64,000 bases of DNA from Candidatus Zhuqueibacterota bacterium (lineage in GTDB: Bacteria > Zhuqueibacterota > Zhuqueibacteria > Thermofontimicrobiales > Thermofontimicrobiaceae), in contig JBMOPW010000014.1 of NCBI GenBank assembly GCA_049322915.1, forward strand, positions 1 to 64,000. The letters run 5' to 3'. This document shows, in pieces, positions 39,401 to 46,190 of this stretch. The notes under the pieces were generated by a model. The model saw only the letters and a list, made by a program, of their open reading frames with translations. It ran no database searches and was not told where the DNA came from. A program made the translations under genes and the position numbers. The first letter of the stretch is position 1; each line of letters begins with the position of its first letter.

Positions 39401-40845
39401 CCGTGACTTCCGATGGTGTGAAAGACATCAAAGCGAATATGCAATTGCCGAACACATTCCTGTTTGCAACGGATGTCAAGCCAACCCAATCTGTGGAACA
39501 GGGCGAAACAATTCAATGGCGCGTTATTGCAGCGCCCGATTCGATGTCCCATGCCACGCTCAAGGTCACCTGCTGGGGCGATGATGAAAATGATGCGACG
39601 ATCCGCGTGGACGCCGCGCCGGTACAGATTGCCTTCAAGGTGGTGCGCCGATTTGAAGCTGTCGTCGACGCCAGAATCATTTCTCCACCGGAGGCGACTG
39701 ATAATGCCGTATCAGTAAATCAGGAATTCTTCATTCAGGCAGCGCTGCAGAATATCGGACAGGCCCCGGCAGTCGGGACTTGCACCTTCGAATTGTCGCT
39801 GCCGGAAGGCTACGTCGCCCTGAATCCTTTGGCTCAAACAGTTCAACCCACTGAAAACGTATTGTGGAAAGTGAAAGCCCCGGCAACGGCGCTGCTTGCA
39901 AAATCCATCGAGGTGAGAGTGCCGCCAAACCAGGGACCGGAAGACAACAACGCCGGAAAAGAAATTCATTTCTGGCTTGAAAAACGCGGCGACAATATTT
40001 CGATTATCACCAATCAGAAGACCGTTGTCGTGTCCAAACTGCCGAACCGTACTCCGAACGCGATCGTCAAAGGACAGCGAAATGTATCCATGCTGGGCCT
40101 GAGGATATTCAATCGCAGGGAGGATGAATATTCCAATAAGATTGTGTTGACCGGTCTTGAAGTGCGTTTGAAAAATAGACTGGGACAACCGATTGATCAG
40201 CCAGGCCATGCTCTATCCAGAATCGCGGTGACCAGCTACAGTGATGCGGGCAAGGTGTATGGCAGCGTCACTGATTTCGCTGCCAGTAGCCTCATCCCAA
40301 TTTATCTGGCCCTGCCGGATACAATTTATCCGGATGAGGCGGATTCTATCGACCTGGTCATTGATATCGCCCAGTCGGCGAGCGCCACAGATATAATGCT
40401 CAGCCTGGAAGCAGATTCGTCCATTTTAATTCTTGAGGCCAACACCCTGAATCAGCCGCAACTGACGGATTTGAGCGGGCAGACCGGCGCTGCGCTGGAA
40501 TTGGAGTCGGATTTCGCCGTCGTGCTTGGAGATAATTTGAAACAAACCTTCATGAATTATCCGAATCCGTTCGGAAGCCCGGATAGAAAGACCACGACCA
40601 TCACGTATTATCTGAAGGAAGACACCGATGTCGATATCAAGATCTACACACTGATTGGGGAACTGGTGTGGTCGCGATCATACAGGGCCGGCGAGAGGCA
40701 GGCTCGACAGGGAATTCATGACGGCGATGTGATCTGGGACGGGACGAATGACAGAGGCTACAAAGTATTGAATGGCGTGTATGTTATCTATTTCAAATCA
40801 GCGAAGGGCGAAACAGCAATGACAAAGGCGGCTGTTATAAAATAG
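27472..40845 (+). CDS. giant (4457 aa) secreted Ig-like repeat surface protein with FlgD-Ig/T9SS-type C-terminal sorting domain
   Basis: Signal peptide; 23 repeats of about 97 aa; further CARDB-like repeats; C-terminal NYPNPF...IKIYTLIGELV...WDGTNDRGYKVLNGVY. Confidence 0.9.
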   Translation: MTSIKGALLLILLGLSFSSIYGGDITSFTVSPADNKAGESNIYTFSFTTSLTGNGTDVGIPATGRIAITFPAGFDVSEIELAQFTGSSLGDFSSIVIAGNEVTLVRDGTGAAIAGNTAVGLKVGVIGNNTTANIYSVNMETQRSDETIIDSGTSSQFTVIHNSLASFSIDTINNQIAGAGFIIVIYARDEYGNRVNSFSNTATLTDLTGTISPGVTMSFSTGRWSGSVMITKAHAANTITVTSENKAGVSNQFVVNPGTLHHFVFEMITSPQTAGSPITLQIIAKDSHENTVTGFAGSATLSDNTNTINPISTGAFSMGQWSGTVTITKKQKDVIITAAYNGVSDQTNPFNVNASTVDHFQIQTITQQTAGTPFHLEIYARDVYNNQVDQFTETVDISDLTGTISPVISGEFIGGYWAGNVTVTGIRTNNIITVERTANGTQSGSSNGFNVVHNSLDHFTIDPIPTSQTAGKSFNISMSARDAYNNVVSGFSGTASLSDLTGTISPAISGNFDHGTWSGNVTITQSQTSDKISATSGSKTGSSNTFNVNPEVVHHYRFEAVDSPKNAGQNFTITITAEDIYNNRVTTFNNSVDLSDPTGTINPATSGNFSSGQWTGQVAITESRSDITIAANRNGIVGESNTFNVNPASLHHFVIATVGTKAAGVPFTITVTAQDIYNNRASEFSGTVSIQDISGSISPVSSSAFDMGQWSGDVTIVQVTTNDRITVTNLAGAETGNSNYFDIVAGNIDHFDVSSIVSPKTAGSSFTVTVTAKDANGATVTDYTGTANLNDLTGTLSPKVTTNFEDGEWSGSLSITKSYANDKITVTGAGKSGSSNEFNVQANTLDHFTFGTITSPKTAGTGFIISIEARDMYENLVTSFSSAVGLNDDTGTIMPKTTTNFSGGQWSGSVTITRAQNDIDITANYNSVNGTSNKFNVQAGALNRFVIDNLSTQQANEAFSIIVTAQDNFGNVAKQFTGRVNMSDLTGTLSPTESGLFSDGRWSGSVLIPQAYENDIITVVNQAGSETGSSNMFDVVSSSVDRFVIDFIGQQKAGQAFTLSIEAQDNAGNIVTSFAGTVTIADLTGAISPKTSGNFSNGEWSGNVTITQSLSANQITVTSSGKAGTSNNFNVTHTDLDHFAFDQIESPKTAGQSFQIVITAEDVYNNRVTSYASTVNLTDDTGTLTPPASGAFSGGQWSGNVTITASGTDVVITANGGGKAGYSNAFNINPASLNRFVLETITTQAANGPFTIGITAQDNFGNTATQFTGKVNISDLTSTISPTESGTFDDGRWYGNVVITQAIENDVISVVNQGGSQSGTSNSFDVISSTVDRFVIGLLGNQIAGKGFTLSIEAQDNAGNLVTNFSGTASLSDLTGSISPATTGSFSGGRWSGTVRIIHAITGDQITVTSGGKAGNSNSFNVTHDVLDHFTFTPIGSPQTAGQAFQIKIVAEDVYENKVTSFTGAVNLSDNTGTLTPGVTTNFFGGEWQDNVQITSSGSDNLITATGAGKTGTSNDFNVNAAALNRFAIETITTQAAGEPFTIRLTAQDAFLNTTTQFSGKVNISDGTGTVSPTASGNFEEGRWSGNVVVSQAFVNNTISVVNQSGSQNGISNYFDVISSSVDRFVFNTISQQVAGASFIVSIQALDAAGNVVTNFNGTASLSDLTGTISPTTTANFSSGVWSGSVTITKSRTANQITVTSSGKAGNSNNFDVIPASLHHFTIENIPSPQGAGTAFQITVYAMDSYENRVTSFNTNASLSDGTGTISPTVTGNFSSGRWIGNVTITRSQTDVTITVTRDTKTGVSNIFNVSPGALSLFQISNISTQAAGEPFYITVTALDANSNVATHFSGTVNISDLTGTVAPTVSNNFDEGKWSGNVTISQVRTGNRITVVNSGGSQSGQSNTFDVISSDVDQFLISTITSPKTAGVPFEITITAVDADNNVVTSFTGTASLADQSGTIFPTTTTNFSQGRWTGNITLTKYWNNNNITVTSSGKAGISNNFTVLYNALDHYEFDTITSPQTAGTPFTIKITAKDFYNNIVYNHSTPVTLSDNSNTITPTVSGNFSSGSWSGAVTLTKRQNDVQITATGSGKTNQSNKFNVNSAVLHHFVLDTVTTQAAGEPFQLTVTAMDSYANIVSTFAGTVDISDLTGTISPQRSGSFLSGKWTGNVTITLVRISDRITVVRTGGAESGNSTYFDVVSSDVSEFTFDAITSPKTAGQPFTVRITARDDDNNVVNTFNGLLTLNDLTGTITPKTTGAFTNGIWSGDVKITKSYTNDKIVATGLGKSGESNLFTMNPGSLDHFIFQNITSPQRAGQSFEITVIAKDSMENTVTNFAYTANLSDNTGTISPTTTTNFTNGAWSDFVRITKKQNDVFITASRLNETGTSNLFNVNAGNLASLKVMDAAGGKGQEIGDKTITLDDKISMYAAGFDSFGNYSRDVFANWTASGTLDAPTPAQGTHTVFDPVAPGTAGKIRADSTGLLADSTGNISVGSIAYVKIRTAPNGVGIELGNTTITADENLALYCAGYDAGNNYVGDMSVQWSSKGTLVPAVFDTGSVINFMPSKAPASGKIYAVHPTAADDSTGTIVVNPGVPVGIIVLTPTPAVIPATGTSSSVVVSDIIRDAELNVIAKNTQFTVTATLGTLTTTDVNPLLPNIQIAANDSGKIQFTLQSTTAGGTAYISVSSVNGSATGNTTVMLSNLNIVSVTSTSFSVSQGQTSVPVDLVVENLSASTISNLASGLVFTGPAPLFENRNADFPSVIRTDGITSIPSGGIRTLKFLVTVSANARTDSVTIDGWISGLINSVAVNDTFALAPWKWVVQTPPILKITRISSLLTEVSQGRTGVNVSMTVLNQGQATANVTLDTLSFWSVNLSKSVTGEYQIIPSMTNPQTIPGTNGRAKFDFTVNIGSAATLGQVIVNGEIRGTDANSGALKTDNSADTTHAWVVQNAPIVGITGFYPSQLQVTKSQTVPWSLTMIVANNGGTAVRLDSARTSFLLGGTDVSAEYTVSNPIRFVKSGTNLLAGGTVDTLKYIVTKTGASVGQLTIRGMMYLRDMGTGNPISDETYSGVLVQEPAQLRIVTILPSQTSVTRNQGQDWFVRVVLNNEGGSEISIDTNVANTFIRFSTGNDFVIRQPDSLSNGGLSLEAGTVDTLVFTIDGAGTTPGNCIISSQVWGWQTTSGDSTIATFTRTAPILVQEPAKLRILSVVSKAPNFPNVNKAQVFPVHVTLENNGDDEVANAYAKLTSSGNSIGDSLSLHFQNIPGNGGKKEQILSIKADSLATQPELFQVAISRAFAQNTNEPAGITRELAVDSTETVIIQNPARFQITKTVMPDSILASQVASWKIKLVVANSGQAGTVLEMPGADDITIKVNDVIQRDYFIEPPTALQGGGLELAGGSTDTLIYTVSITGKEAGSAAMEAIVQSNDKNDQHVLIAPGRYDFTIRSSAAVQLFKTEAICFNYDGEKGLVNRGQVFPIRVSVQNLGRKSVRDVIVQLTTSGNSHLASNQLTIDSINYNEIKYADFQITADSAAVNLNELFTSEVLSAIEYDTGFPAVIDNSGDSRARIAIHDSARLQMSAWTETGDSVYTISQQFTVNVQVANLGELPAGVDESGLIGLFVPESYRIIVGEDTLENNHVLSFLPGEIQQFSILTPEVASGPDSLFVSLLNTPRDKNINQRAQVARGQDTILVRTEASNILYSTSVVAPDGALDKIVSTHQLFRIQSSIRFSGNLTNVEAILKLPDDIGQPQYSFQFHSGLRDTVKDIASHQPVLWDIVAPDARDEQFRNFEVTISATEKGNPVRLLFRDSVNVKAVNRARLNLNAEITSPEGAREGRLTVGQNFEIKATVSNMGDAATFGQGFLKMNLGSAGFDFADTSETHVKPFAIDTAVVWNLKAPAEVTSLSYITVVYEDKPNDENTGMDAWTNEKDAASISVETVEAGDLSLEIFIQGPEGAKDSVLSSYQEFVIGATVTSDGVKDIKANMQLPNTFLFATDVKPTQSVEQGETIQWRVIAAPDSMSHATLKVTCWGDDENDATIRVDAAPVQIAFKVVRRFEAVVDARIISPPEATDNAVSVNQEFFIQAALQNIGQAPAVGTCTFELSLPEGYVALNPLAQTVQPTENVLWKVKAPATALLAKSIEVRVPPNQGPEDNNAGKEIHFWLEKRGDNISIITNQKTVVVSKLPNRTPNAIVKGQRNVSMLGLRIFNRREDEYSNKIVLTGLEVRLKNRLGQPIDQPGHALSRIAVTSYSDAGKVYGSVTDFAASSLIPIYLALPDTIYPDEADSIDLVIDIAQSASATDIMLSLEADSSILILEANTLNQPQLTDLSGQTGAALELESDFAVVLGDNLKQTFMNYPNPFGSPDRKTTTITYYLKEDTDVDIKIYTLIGELVWSRSYRAGERQARQGIHDGDVIWDGTNDRGYKVLNGVYVIYFKSAKGETAMTKAAVIK
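27952..34659 (+). repeat. 23 tandem Ig-like repeats of about 97 aa (about 291 nt), arranged as (ABC)x7 + AB
   Basis: Consensus HFxxxxIxxxxTAGxxFxIxIxAxDxxxNxVxxFxGTxxLSDxTGTISPxxxxxFxxGxWSGxVxIT...GxSNxFxV, counted by hand. Confidence 0.9.
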
Positions 40846-40966
40846 TCAGAAGCGACAATGCCGGTGATTTTCAGCGCATAAAGCGGGGCTTCACTTGTTG
40901 GAGCGATGGCCTGATAGAACCTGTCATTGTTATTTATGGACTGAAATAGGCTCTGCGCCGAATCAT

Positions 40967-41000
40967 GAAAAGACTCAACATAACAATGTTGGGTCTTTTC
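40967..41000 (+). terminator. terminator-like hairpin after the giant gene
   Basis: GAAAAGACTCAACAT-AACA-ATGTTGGGTCTTTTC. Confidence 0.7.
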
Positions 41001-41145
41001 TCGTTAATCCCTCAATGGATGAGAAATGAAGTGGAATAAATTCTAATTTTCTGTGAAGAAAATAAAACATCTGAGTAAAAAGAAACTTACTGATTTTATT
41101 CAGGGTATAATATCAAAACAATAATTATCAATCTGACTGACTCTT

Positions 41146-43278
41146 ATGACTTTTCTCAATAGCGCCATTCTCTTCGGCCTGCTTGCTGGGGCAATTCCAA
41201 TCATCATTCACCTCATCACCCGACAGAAGGCGAAAAAGATACCGTTCAGCAGTTTGAAATTTCTGCTGGAACTCAAAAATCAGCAGATTAAAAAATTGAA
41301 GCTACGACAAATACTCCTGCTGATACTGCGGACGTTGATTGTGCTTTTACTGGTGCTTGCCTTTGCACGACCCACGGTGCAGGGAAATTTCTCGTTGTCC
41401 CGGCATGCATCCGCCAAAACTTCCTCCGTCATCATTCTGGATAATAGCCTCAGTATGGGAATTGAATCCAACGGTCAGTTGCTATTGGAACAGGCGAAAC
41501 AGCGAATATTGGAATTGCGCGATTCGTTCAGGAATGGCGATGAAATTTTCGGACTGCTTGCGGTGAACGGTGCGCCAGAAATTTTTGAAGGCCCCCGCTA
41601 TAATTTTGACATGGCAGCGCGGCTCATCAGCAAGGTCAGAGTGAGCTATAAAACGACGGACATTGTGAGCGCGATCGCCCGGGCGAAAGAGATTCTATCG
41701 ACAGTCAGGGATATTAATAAAGAAATTTACCTGGTGACGGATTTGCAGCGGGTTGGATTTGAATCGGGCAAGGAAATGGCTTCAGCGCTGTTCGAAGATA
41801 ACTCCATCAAACTTTTTATTATTCCCGTTCGCGGCGACAATGTCAATAATCTGGTCATTGAAGATGTGAAGCCGGAGGATCAGATTATCGAGAAGGGAAA
41901 TGTCTTCGAACTTGAAGCGCACATTCGGAACGCTGGCGAGAATGCCGAACGGAATCGGCTTGTTCAGATTTTCATTGCCGGAAAAAGATCGGGCCAGGCA
42001 ACGGTGACTGTTCAGCCCGGCGAGAGTCGCACGGTAAAATTCAGGGTGATTCCGCAACAAGTCGGACTCATCACCGGCTCGATATTGATTGAAGATGACG
42101 ATCTGTTACTGGACAATCGCCGCTTTTTCACGTTCTATGTTCCGGCGGAAAGCAATGTGCTGCTGGTGAGCCGGAATGAGCAGGATGCCTATTACCTGGG
42201 TCTGGCGCTGAATCCGGGCTCGCTCAATTCTTCGGTGATCCGAGTGGAAACGCTTCGGCCGGATCAGATTGAATTCGGTACGCTGAATAAATTCCAGGTA
42301 GTGGTTTTGGCAAACGTCCCCCGAATTGAGAATGCACTGCTTTCGTCTCTCAAAAATTACGTCGATAACGGCGGCGGTCTCATCCTTTTCCTGGGCGATG
42401 AAGTCGATTTGAAAAATTACAATGCAACCCTTCACGAGCAGCTATCGCTCCCTCTGTTTTCGGAGACCATCGGAGAACGGGGCAATACCCGCGACTATTT
42501 GACACTTGGAAAAATTGATTTCAGCCATCCCATTTTCGCCGGGGTTTTTGAAAATTCCCGTCATGAAATCGATTCGCCATCGTTTTATTTTCTGGCCAGG
42601 TCGAACACGCAATCGAATCACGACCGAATCATCGATTTTTCCAATGGCGAACCGCTCCTGGTTGAAACGCAATCCGGCGCAGGGCGCATTTTACTATTCA
42701 CAACGTCGGTCGACCCGGACTGGTCAGACCTCTATCTCAAAGGGATGTTTGTCCCAGTCTTGAATCGATGCGTGGCGTATTTGACCGGGCATGCGAGCAA
42801 GTCCCAGCAGAATTATTTGGTGGATGAAAAGGTGGCTCTGACGGTCGATGGTGTTGAGGATATTTCGCGGTTTCAGATAAAAAAACCGGATGCCTCGTTC
42901 ATCAAAGTGATGCCGCAAATCGGCGATGGAAATTATAGGATTGTATTTGAAGAAACCGATATTGCCGGGATTTACTCGCTGATTTCCGGAGAAGAAACCG
43001 TCACAGAATGGGCTGTCAATTCGAATGCGGCGGAATCAGATATCACTCCTGTGGAAACAGATGAGCTTCTCCGCATTGTCGGAGGTGCAAAGCCATTCAT
43101 GATCGAAAAGGATGCTTCATTGGCTGGAATCATTACTGCCTCGCGCTTCGGGAAGGAATTGTGGAAGTATCTCGTTGGATTGATTTTGATTCTGATGATC
43201 CTGGAAATGCTGATTGCGCGGGAGCGAGGCGTTACATCATCTGAAAGTAATGTGGAGCGATTTGAAAGAACAAGATAA
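41146..43278 (+). CDS. BatA N-terminal / vWA domain membrane protein (with CARDB-like and GATase-like domains)
   Basis: PIIIHL...FSSLKFL...LAFARP; vWA MIDAS DNSLSM and TDLQ; C-terminal ESDI and ELWKYL TM. Confidence 0.85.
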   Translation: MTFLNSAILFGLLAGAIPIIIHLITRQKAKKIPFSSLKFLLELKNQQIKKLKLRQILLLILRTLIVLLLVLAFARPTVQGNFSLSRHASAKTSSVIILDNSLSMGIESNGQLLLEQAKQRILELRDSFRNGDEIFGLLAVNGAPEIFEGPRYNFDMAARLISKVRVSYKTTDIVSAIARAKEILSTVRDINKEIYLVTDLQRVGFESGKEMASALFEDNSIKLFIIPVRGDNVNNLVIEDVKPEDQIIEKGNVFELEAHIRNAGENAERNRLVQIFIAGKRSGQATVTVQPGESRTVKFRVIPQQVGLITGSILIEDDDLLLDNRRFFTFYVPAESNVLLVSRNEQDAYYLGLALNPGSLNSSVIRVETLRPDQIEFGTLNKFQVVVLANVPRIENALLSSLKNYVDNGGGLILFLGDEVDLKNYNATLHEQLSLPLFSETIGERGNTRDYLTLGKIDFSHPIFAGVFENSRHEIDSPSFYFLARSNTQSNHDRIIDFSNGEPLLVETQSGAGRILLFTTSVDPDWSDLYLKGMFVPVLNRCVAYLTGHASKSQQNYLVDEKVALTVDGVEDISRFQIKKPDASFIKVMPQIGDGNYRIVFEETDIAGIYSLISGEETVTEWAVNSNAAESDITPVETDELLRIVGGAKPFMIEKDASLAGIITASRFGKELWKYLVGLILILMILEMLIARERGVTSSESNVERFERTR

Positions 43279-44602
43279 AGAACGCGCCATTGTCGTTGGC
43301 ATGGTCCTGGGAAAACAGGACAGGGAACTGGTCGAAGAGTACCTGGATGAACTGGCGCTTCTGGCCGATACAGCAGGCGCGGAGGTAGTTGTCCGCGTGG
43401 TTCAGGAACGGAATGTCATCGATCCGGCGACATTTATCGGCAAGGGCAAGGCCGAGGAATTAGCGGCGCTGGTTTCGGACTATTCGTGCGATGTCATCAT
43501 TTTCGATGACGATCTATCGCCGGCTCAGATGAAGAACCTGGAGGCGATCTGCGACATAAAAGTACTGGATCGCAGCGGAATTATACTGGACATTTTTTCA
43601 CGGCGCGCGAAGACCCGGGAAGCAAAAACCCAGGTCGAACTGGCGCAATTGCAGTACCTTTTACCGCGGCTCACACGAAGATGGACGCATCTGTCCCGGC
43701 AAACAAGCGGCGCAGGCATTGGATTGCGCGGTCCCGGGGAAACCCAGCTTGAAGTGGACCGTCGGCTCATTAGAAAGCGGATTACCCACCTCTCCCGGGA
43801 TTTGGAGAAAATTGGCAAACAGCGATCCAACAGACGCCGAAGACGAAAAGACCTGTTCAATGTGGCATTGTTCGGCTACACCAATGTCGGCAAGTCCACG
43901 CTGATGAATGCCCTCACCACCGCTGATGTGTTTGTGGAAGATCGGCTGTTCGCAACCCTGGATCCCACGGTTCGCATTTTAAATCATGGTGGTACCCATA
44001 AAATCCTGCTGATTGATACGGTTGGTTTTGTGAGAAAATTACCTCATGATCTGGTGGCGTCATTTAAAAGTACACTGGAAGAGACAATTGACGCCGATCT
44101 GCTCGTCCACGTCATCGATGCCAGTCATAAACATTTTCGTGACCAGATGGAAGTGATCAACGGCGTCATCAGGGATTTGCACATCGAAGACCGGCCAATG
44201 ATACCTGTTTTCAATAAAATTGATCTGGTCGAAGATAAAAATCTGCTGGGCGAGTTGAAAGCTGAATTTGAAAAAGGCCATTTCGTGTCCGCCAGGCGCG
44301 GCATGTTCATTGAGGATTTGAAAAAAGAAATCATCCGTATCGCGCGCGAACAAAGCCTCACAGTCAAATTCCGGGTCGACCCATCGAAGCAGCATCAAAT
44401 CAGTTCGATTTATAGCTGGACAAAGGTATTGTCGTGGGAAATTAACGACGGTTTTATCGAAATTGAAATTCAATTCCCGGCGAACTTGAAAAATCGATAC
44501 GATCAGCTCATTGAGCATGGGATTATTGTTGAAATGAACGCAACCCCGGTCAACCAGCCCGAAACAACGGCCGGCGAACTTTCCGATGCTCTAAATTCAT
44601 AA
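43250..44602 (+). CDS. hflX: ribosome-splitting GTPase HflX
   Basis: RGPGETQLEVDRR, GYTNVGKST, LFATLDPT, DTVGF and NKID motifs. Start uncertain (43250 or 43262). Confidence 0.96.
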   Translation: MWSDLKEQDKERAIVVGMVLGKQDRELVEEYLDELALLADTAGAEVVVRVVQERNVIDPATFIGKGKAEELAALVSDYSCDVIIFDDDLSPAQMKNLEAICDIKVLDRSGIILDIFSRRAKTREAKTQVELAQLQYLLPRLTRRWTHLSRQTSGAGIGLRGPGETQLEVDRRLIRKRITHLSRDLEKIGKQRSNRRRRRKDLFNVALFGYTNVGKSTLMNALTTADVFVEDRLFATLDPTVRILNHGGTHKILLIDTVGFVRKLPHDLVASFKSTLEETIDADLLVHVIDASHKHFRDQMEVINGVIRDLHIEDRPMIPVFNKIDLVEDKNLLGELKAEFEKGHFVSARRGMFIEDLKKEIIRIAREQSLTVKFRVDPSKQHQISSIYSWTKVLSWEINDGFIEIEIQFPANLKNRYDQLIEHGIIVEMNATPVNQPETTAGELSDALNS

Positions 44603-44617
44603 GAAAATCAATTCTCT

Positions 44618-45982
44618 ATGGCTTTAAAAATTCTAATTATCGACGACGATTTTAATATCGGCCGGGCTCTGGCCGGTTTTCTGGAAGATTTCCAGCATCA
44701 TGTAAAAATGACGCATGATGGAATTTCCGGTCTTCAGACCGCTCTGGAAGAATATTTTGATTTGATTTTTCTGGATGTCAAAATGCCGGGGAAAGACGGC
44801 ATGCAGGTGCTGGAGAGCCTGAAAAAGTCAAAGCCGGATCAGACTGTCATTATGATCAGCGGCCAGGCCGACCTGGAAACCGCAGTGCGGGCGACGAAAT
44901 TGGGGGCATATAATTTTTTAGAGAAGCCATTGAATCCGGACAAGGTGGTGCTGGAAGTTAAAAATGTAGAGAAACACCAGCAAATGGCGCGGGAAGTGTC
45001 CAGCTTGAAAAAGATGGTGGACATGGAATATCAAATGGTGGGCAATTCCCCTGCCCTGGAGAAGCTGCGTCAGCAAATAGAACGGGCAGCGCCATCAGAC
45101 GGACGGATTCTCATCTTTGGAGAAAATGGCACCGGCAAGGAACTCGTTGCCCGCGAAATCCATGCGAAGAGCCGCCGCAGAACTGAGGCGTTCATCAAAG
45201 TGAATTGCGCGGCCATTCCGCGGGAACTCATCGAAAGCGAATTATTCGGCTATGAAAAAGGCGCGTTCACCGGCGCCGTGAAGCGAAAAAGCGGAATGTT
45301 TGAGGAAGCGAACAAGGGCACGCTGCTTCTGGATGAGGTAGGCGATTTGTCCCTGGAATCCCAGGCCAAACTACTGCGCGTGCTCCAGGAAAATGAATTT
45401 ATGCGCGTTGGTGGAACGACTCCCATAAAATTCGATATTCGAATTATCTCGGCTACGAACAAGGATTTGCGCCAGGAAATTGATCAGGGGCATTTTCGCG
45501 AAGATCTGTTCTTTCGGCTGAACGTGATTCCGATAATCGCGCCTGCGCTGCGCGAGCGGAAAAGCGACATCCCCATTTTAGCGCGCCACTTTTTATCCGC
45601 GTATTGTTTGAGGAATGGCAAAAAGCAAATAGAAATTTCTGAGCAGGTGCTGGAACCCATGCTAAACTACCACTGGCCTGGCAATATTCGCGAGTTGAGA
45701 AACTACATGGAGCGCCTGGTGATCATGGCGGAGAATGATCGAATTGATTATGCCGATGTTGTTGCGGTGTTTCCTGAGTCCGGGCTGAGAGAGACGCAGC
45801 CGGAACCGATGCCGGATGACCATAAAATTCCGCTGAGAGAGCGTCTGGAAAATTTTGAAAAGCAGCTTCTCACTCACGAATTCAGACTCGCCGGAGGAAA
45901 TGTGTCCCGTATGGCTGCAACCCTGCAAACCGACCGACCAAATCTTCATCGGAAATTGAAAAAGTATGGAATCAAGGCGTAG
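44618..45982 (+). CDS. sigma54-dependent NtrC/NtrX-family response regulator
   Basis: REC domain (IIDDD, LDVKMP, FLEKP); AAA+ domain with GENGTGKE, ESELFG, GAFTGA, LDEV and WPGNIREL; Fis-type HTH. Confidence 0.93.
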   Translation: MALKILIIDDDFNIGRALAGFLEDFQHHVKMTHDGISGLQTALEEYFDLIFLDVKMPGKDGMQVLESLKKSKPDQTVIMISGQADLETAVRATKLGAYNFLEKPLNPDKVVLEVKNVEKHQQMAREVSSLKKMVDMEYQMVGNSPALEKLRQQIERAAPSDGRILIFGENGTGKELVAREIHAKSRRRTEAFIKVNCAAIPRELIESELFGYEKGAFTGAVKRKSGMFEEANKGTLLLDEVGDLSLESQAKLLRVLQENEFMRVGGTTPIKFDIRIISATNKDLRQEIDQGHFREDLFFRLNVIPIIAPALRERKSDIPILARHFLSAYCLRNGKKQIEISEQVLEPMLNYHWPGNIRELRNYMERLVIMAENDRIDYADVVAVFPESGLRETQPEPMPDDHKIPLRERLENFEKQLLTHEFRLAGGNVSRMAATLQTDRPNLHRKLKKYGIKA

Positions 45983-46190
45983 TTCAGAAGCGCGACTCAG
46001 CCATGCTGTGGTTGATTTCAGGTGAGACAGCTTTGCTTTTTTGTCCATCGCGATCATTTCTGTTATAAAATGCAGTGAGCTTTTTTTGGAAAATATTGTA
46101 TCGAGCAGCGCGTCGTTATCCGTCGAATAAAGATGTCATCTCGGCTGAACGGATGGATTATCGCGGGAACAAGTCATTAAAAAAGAATGG

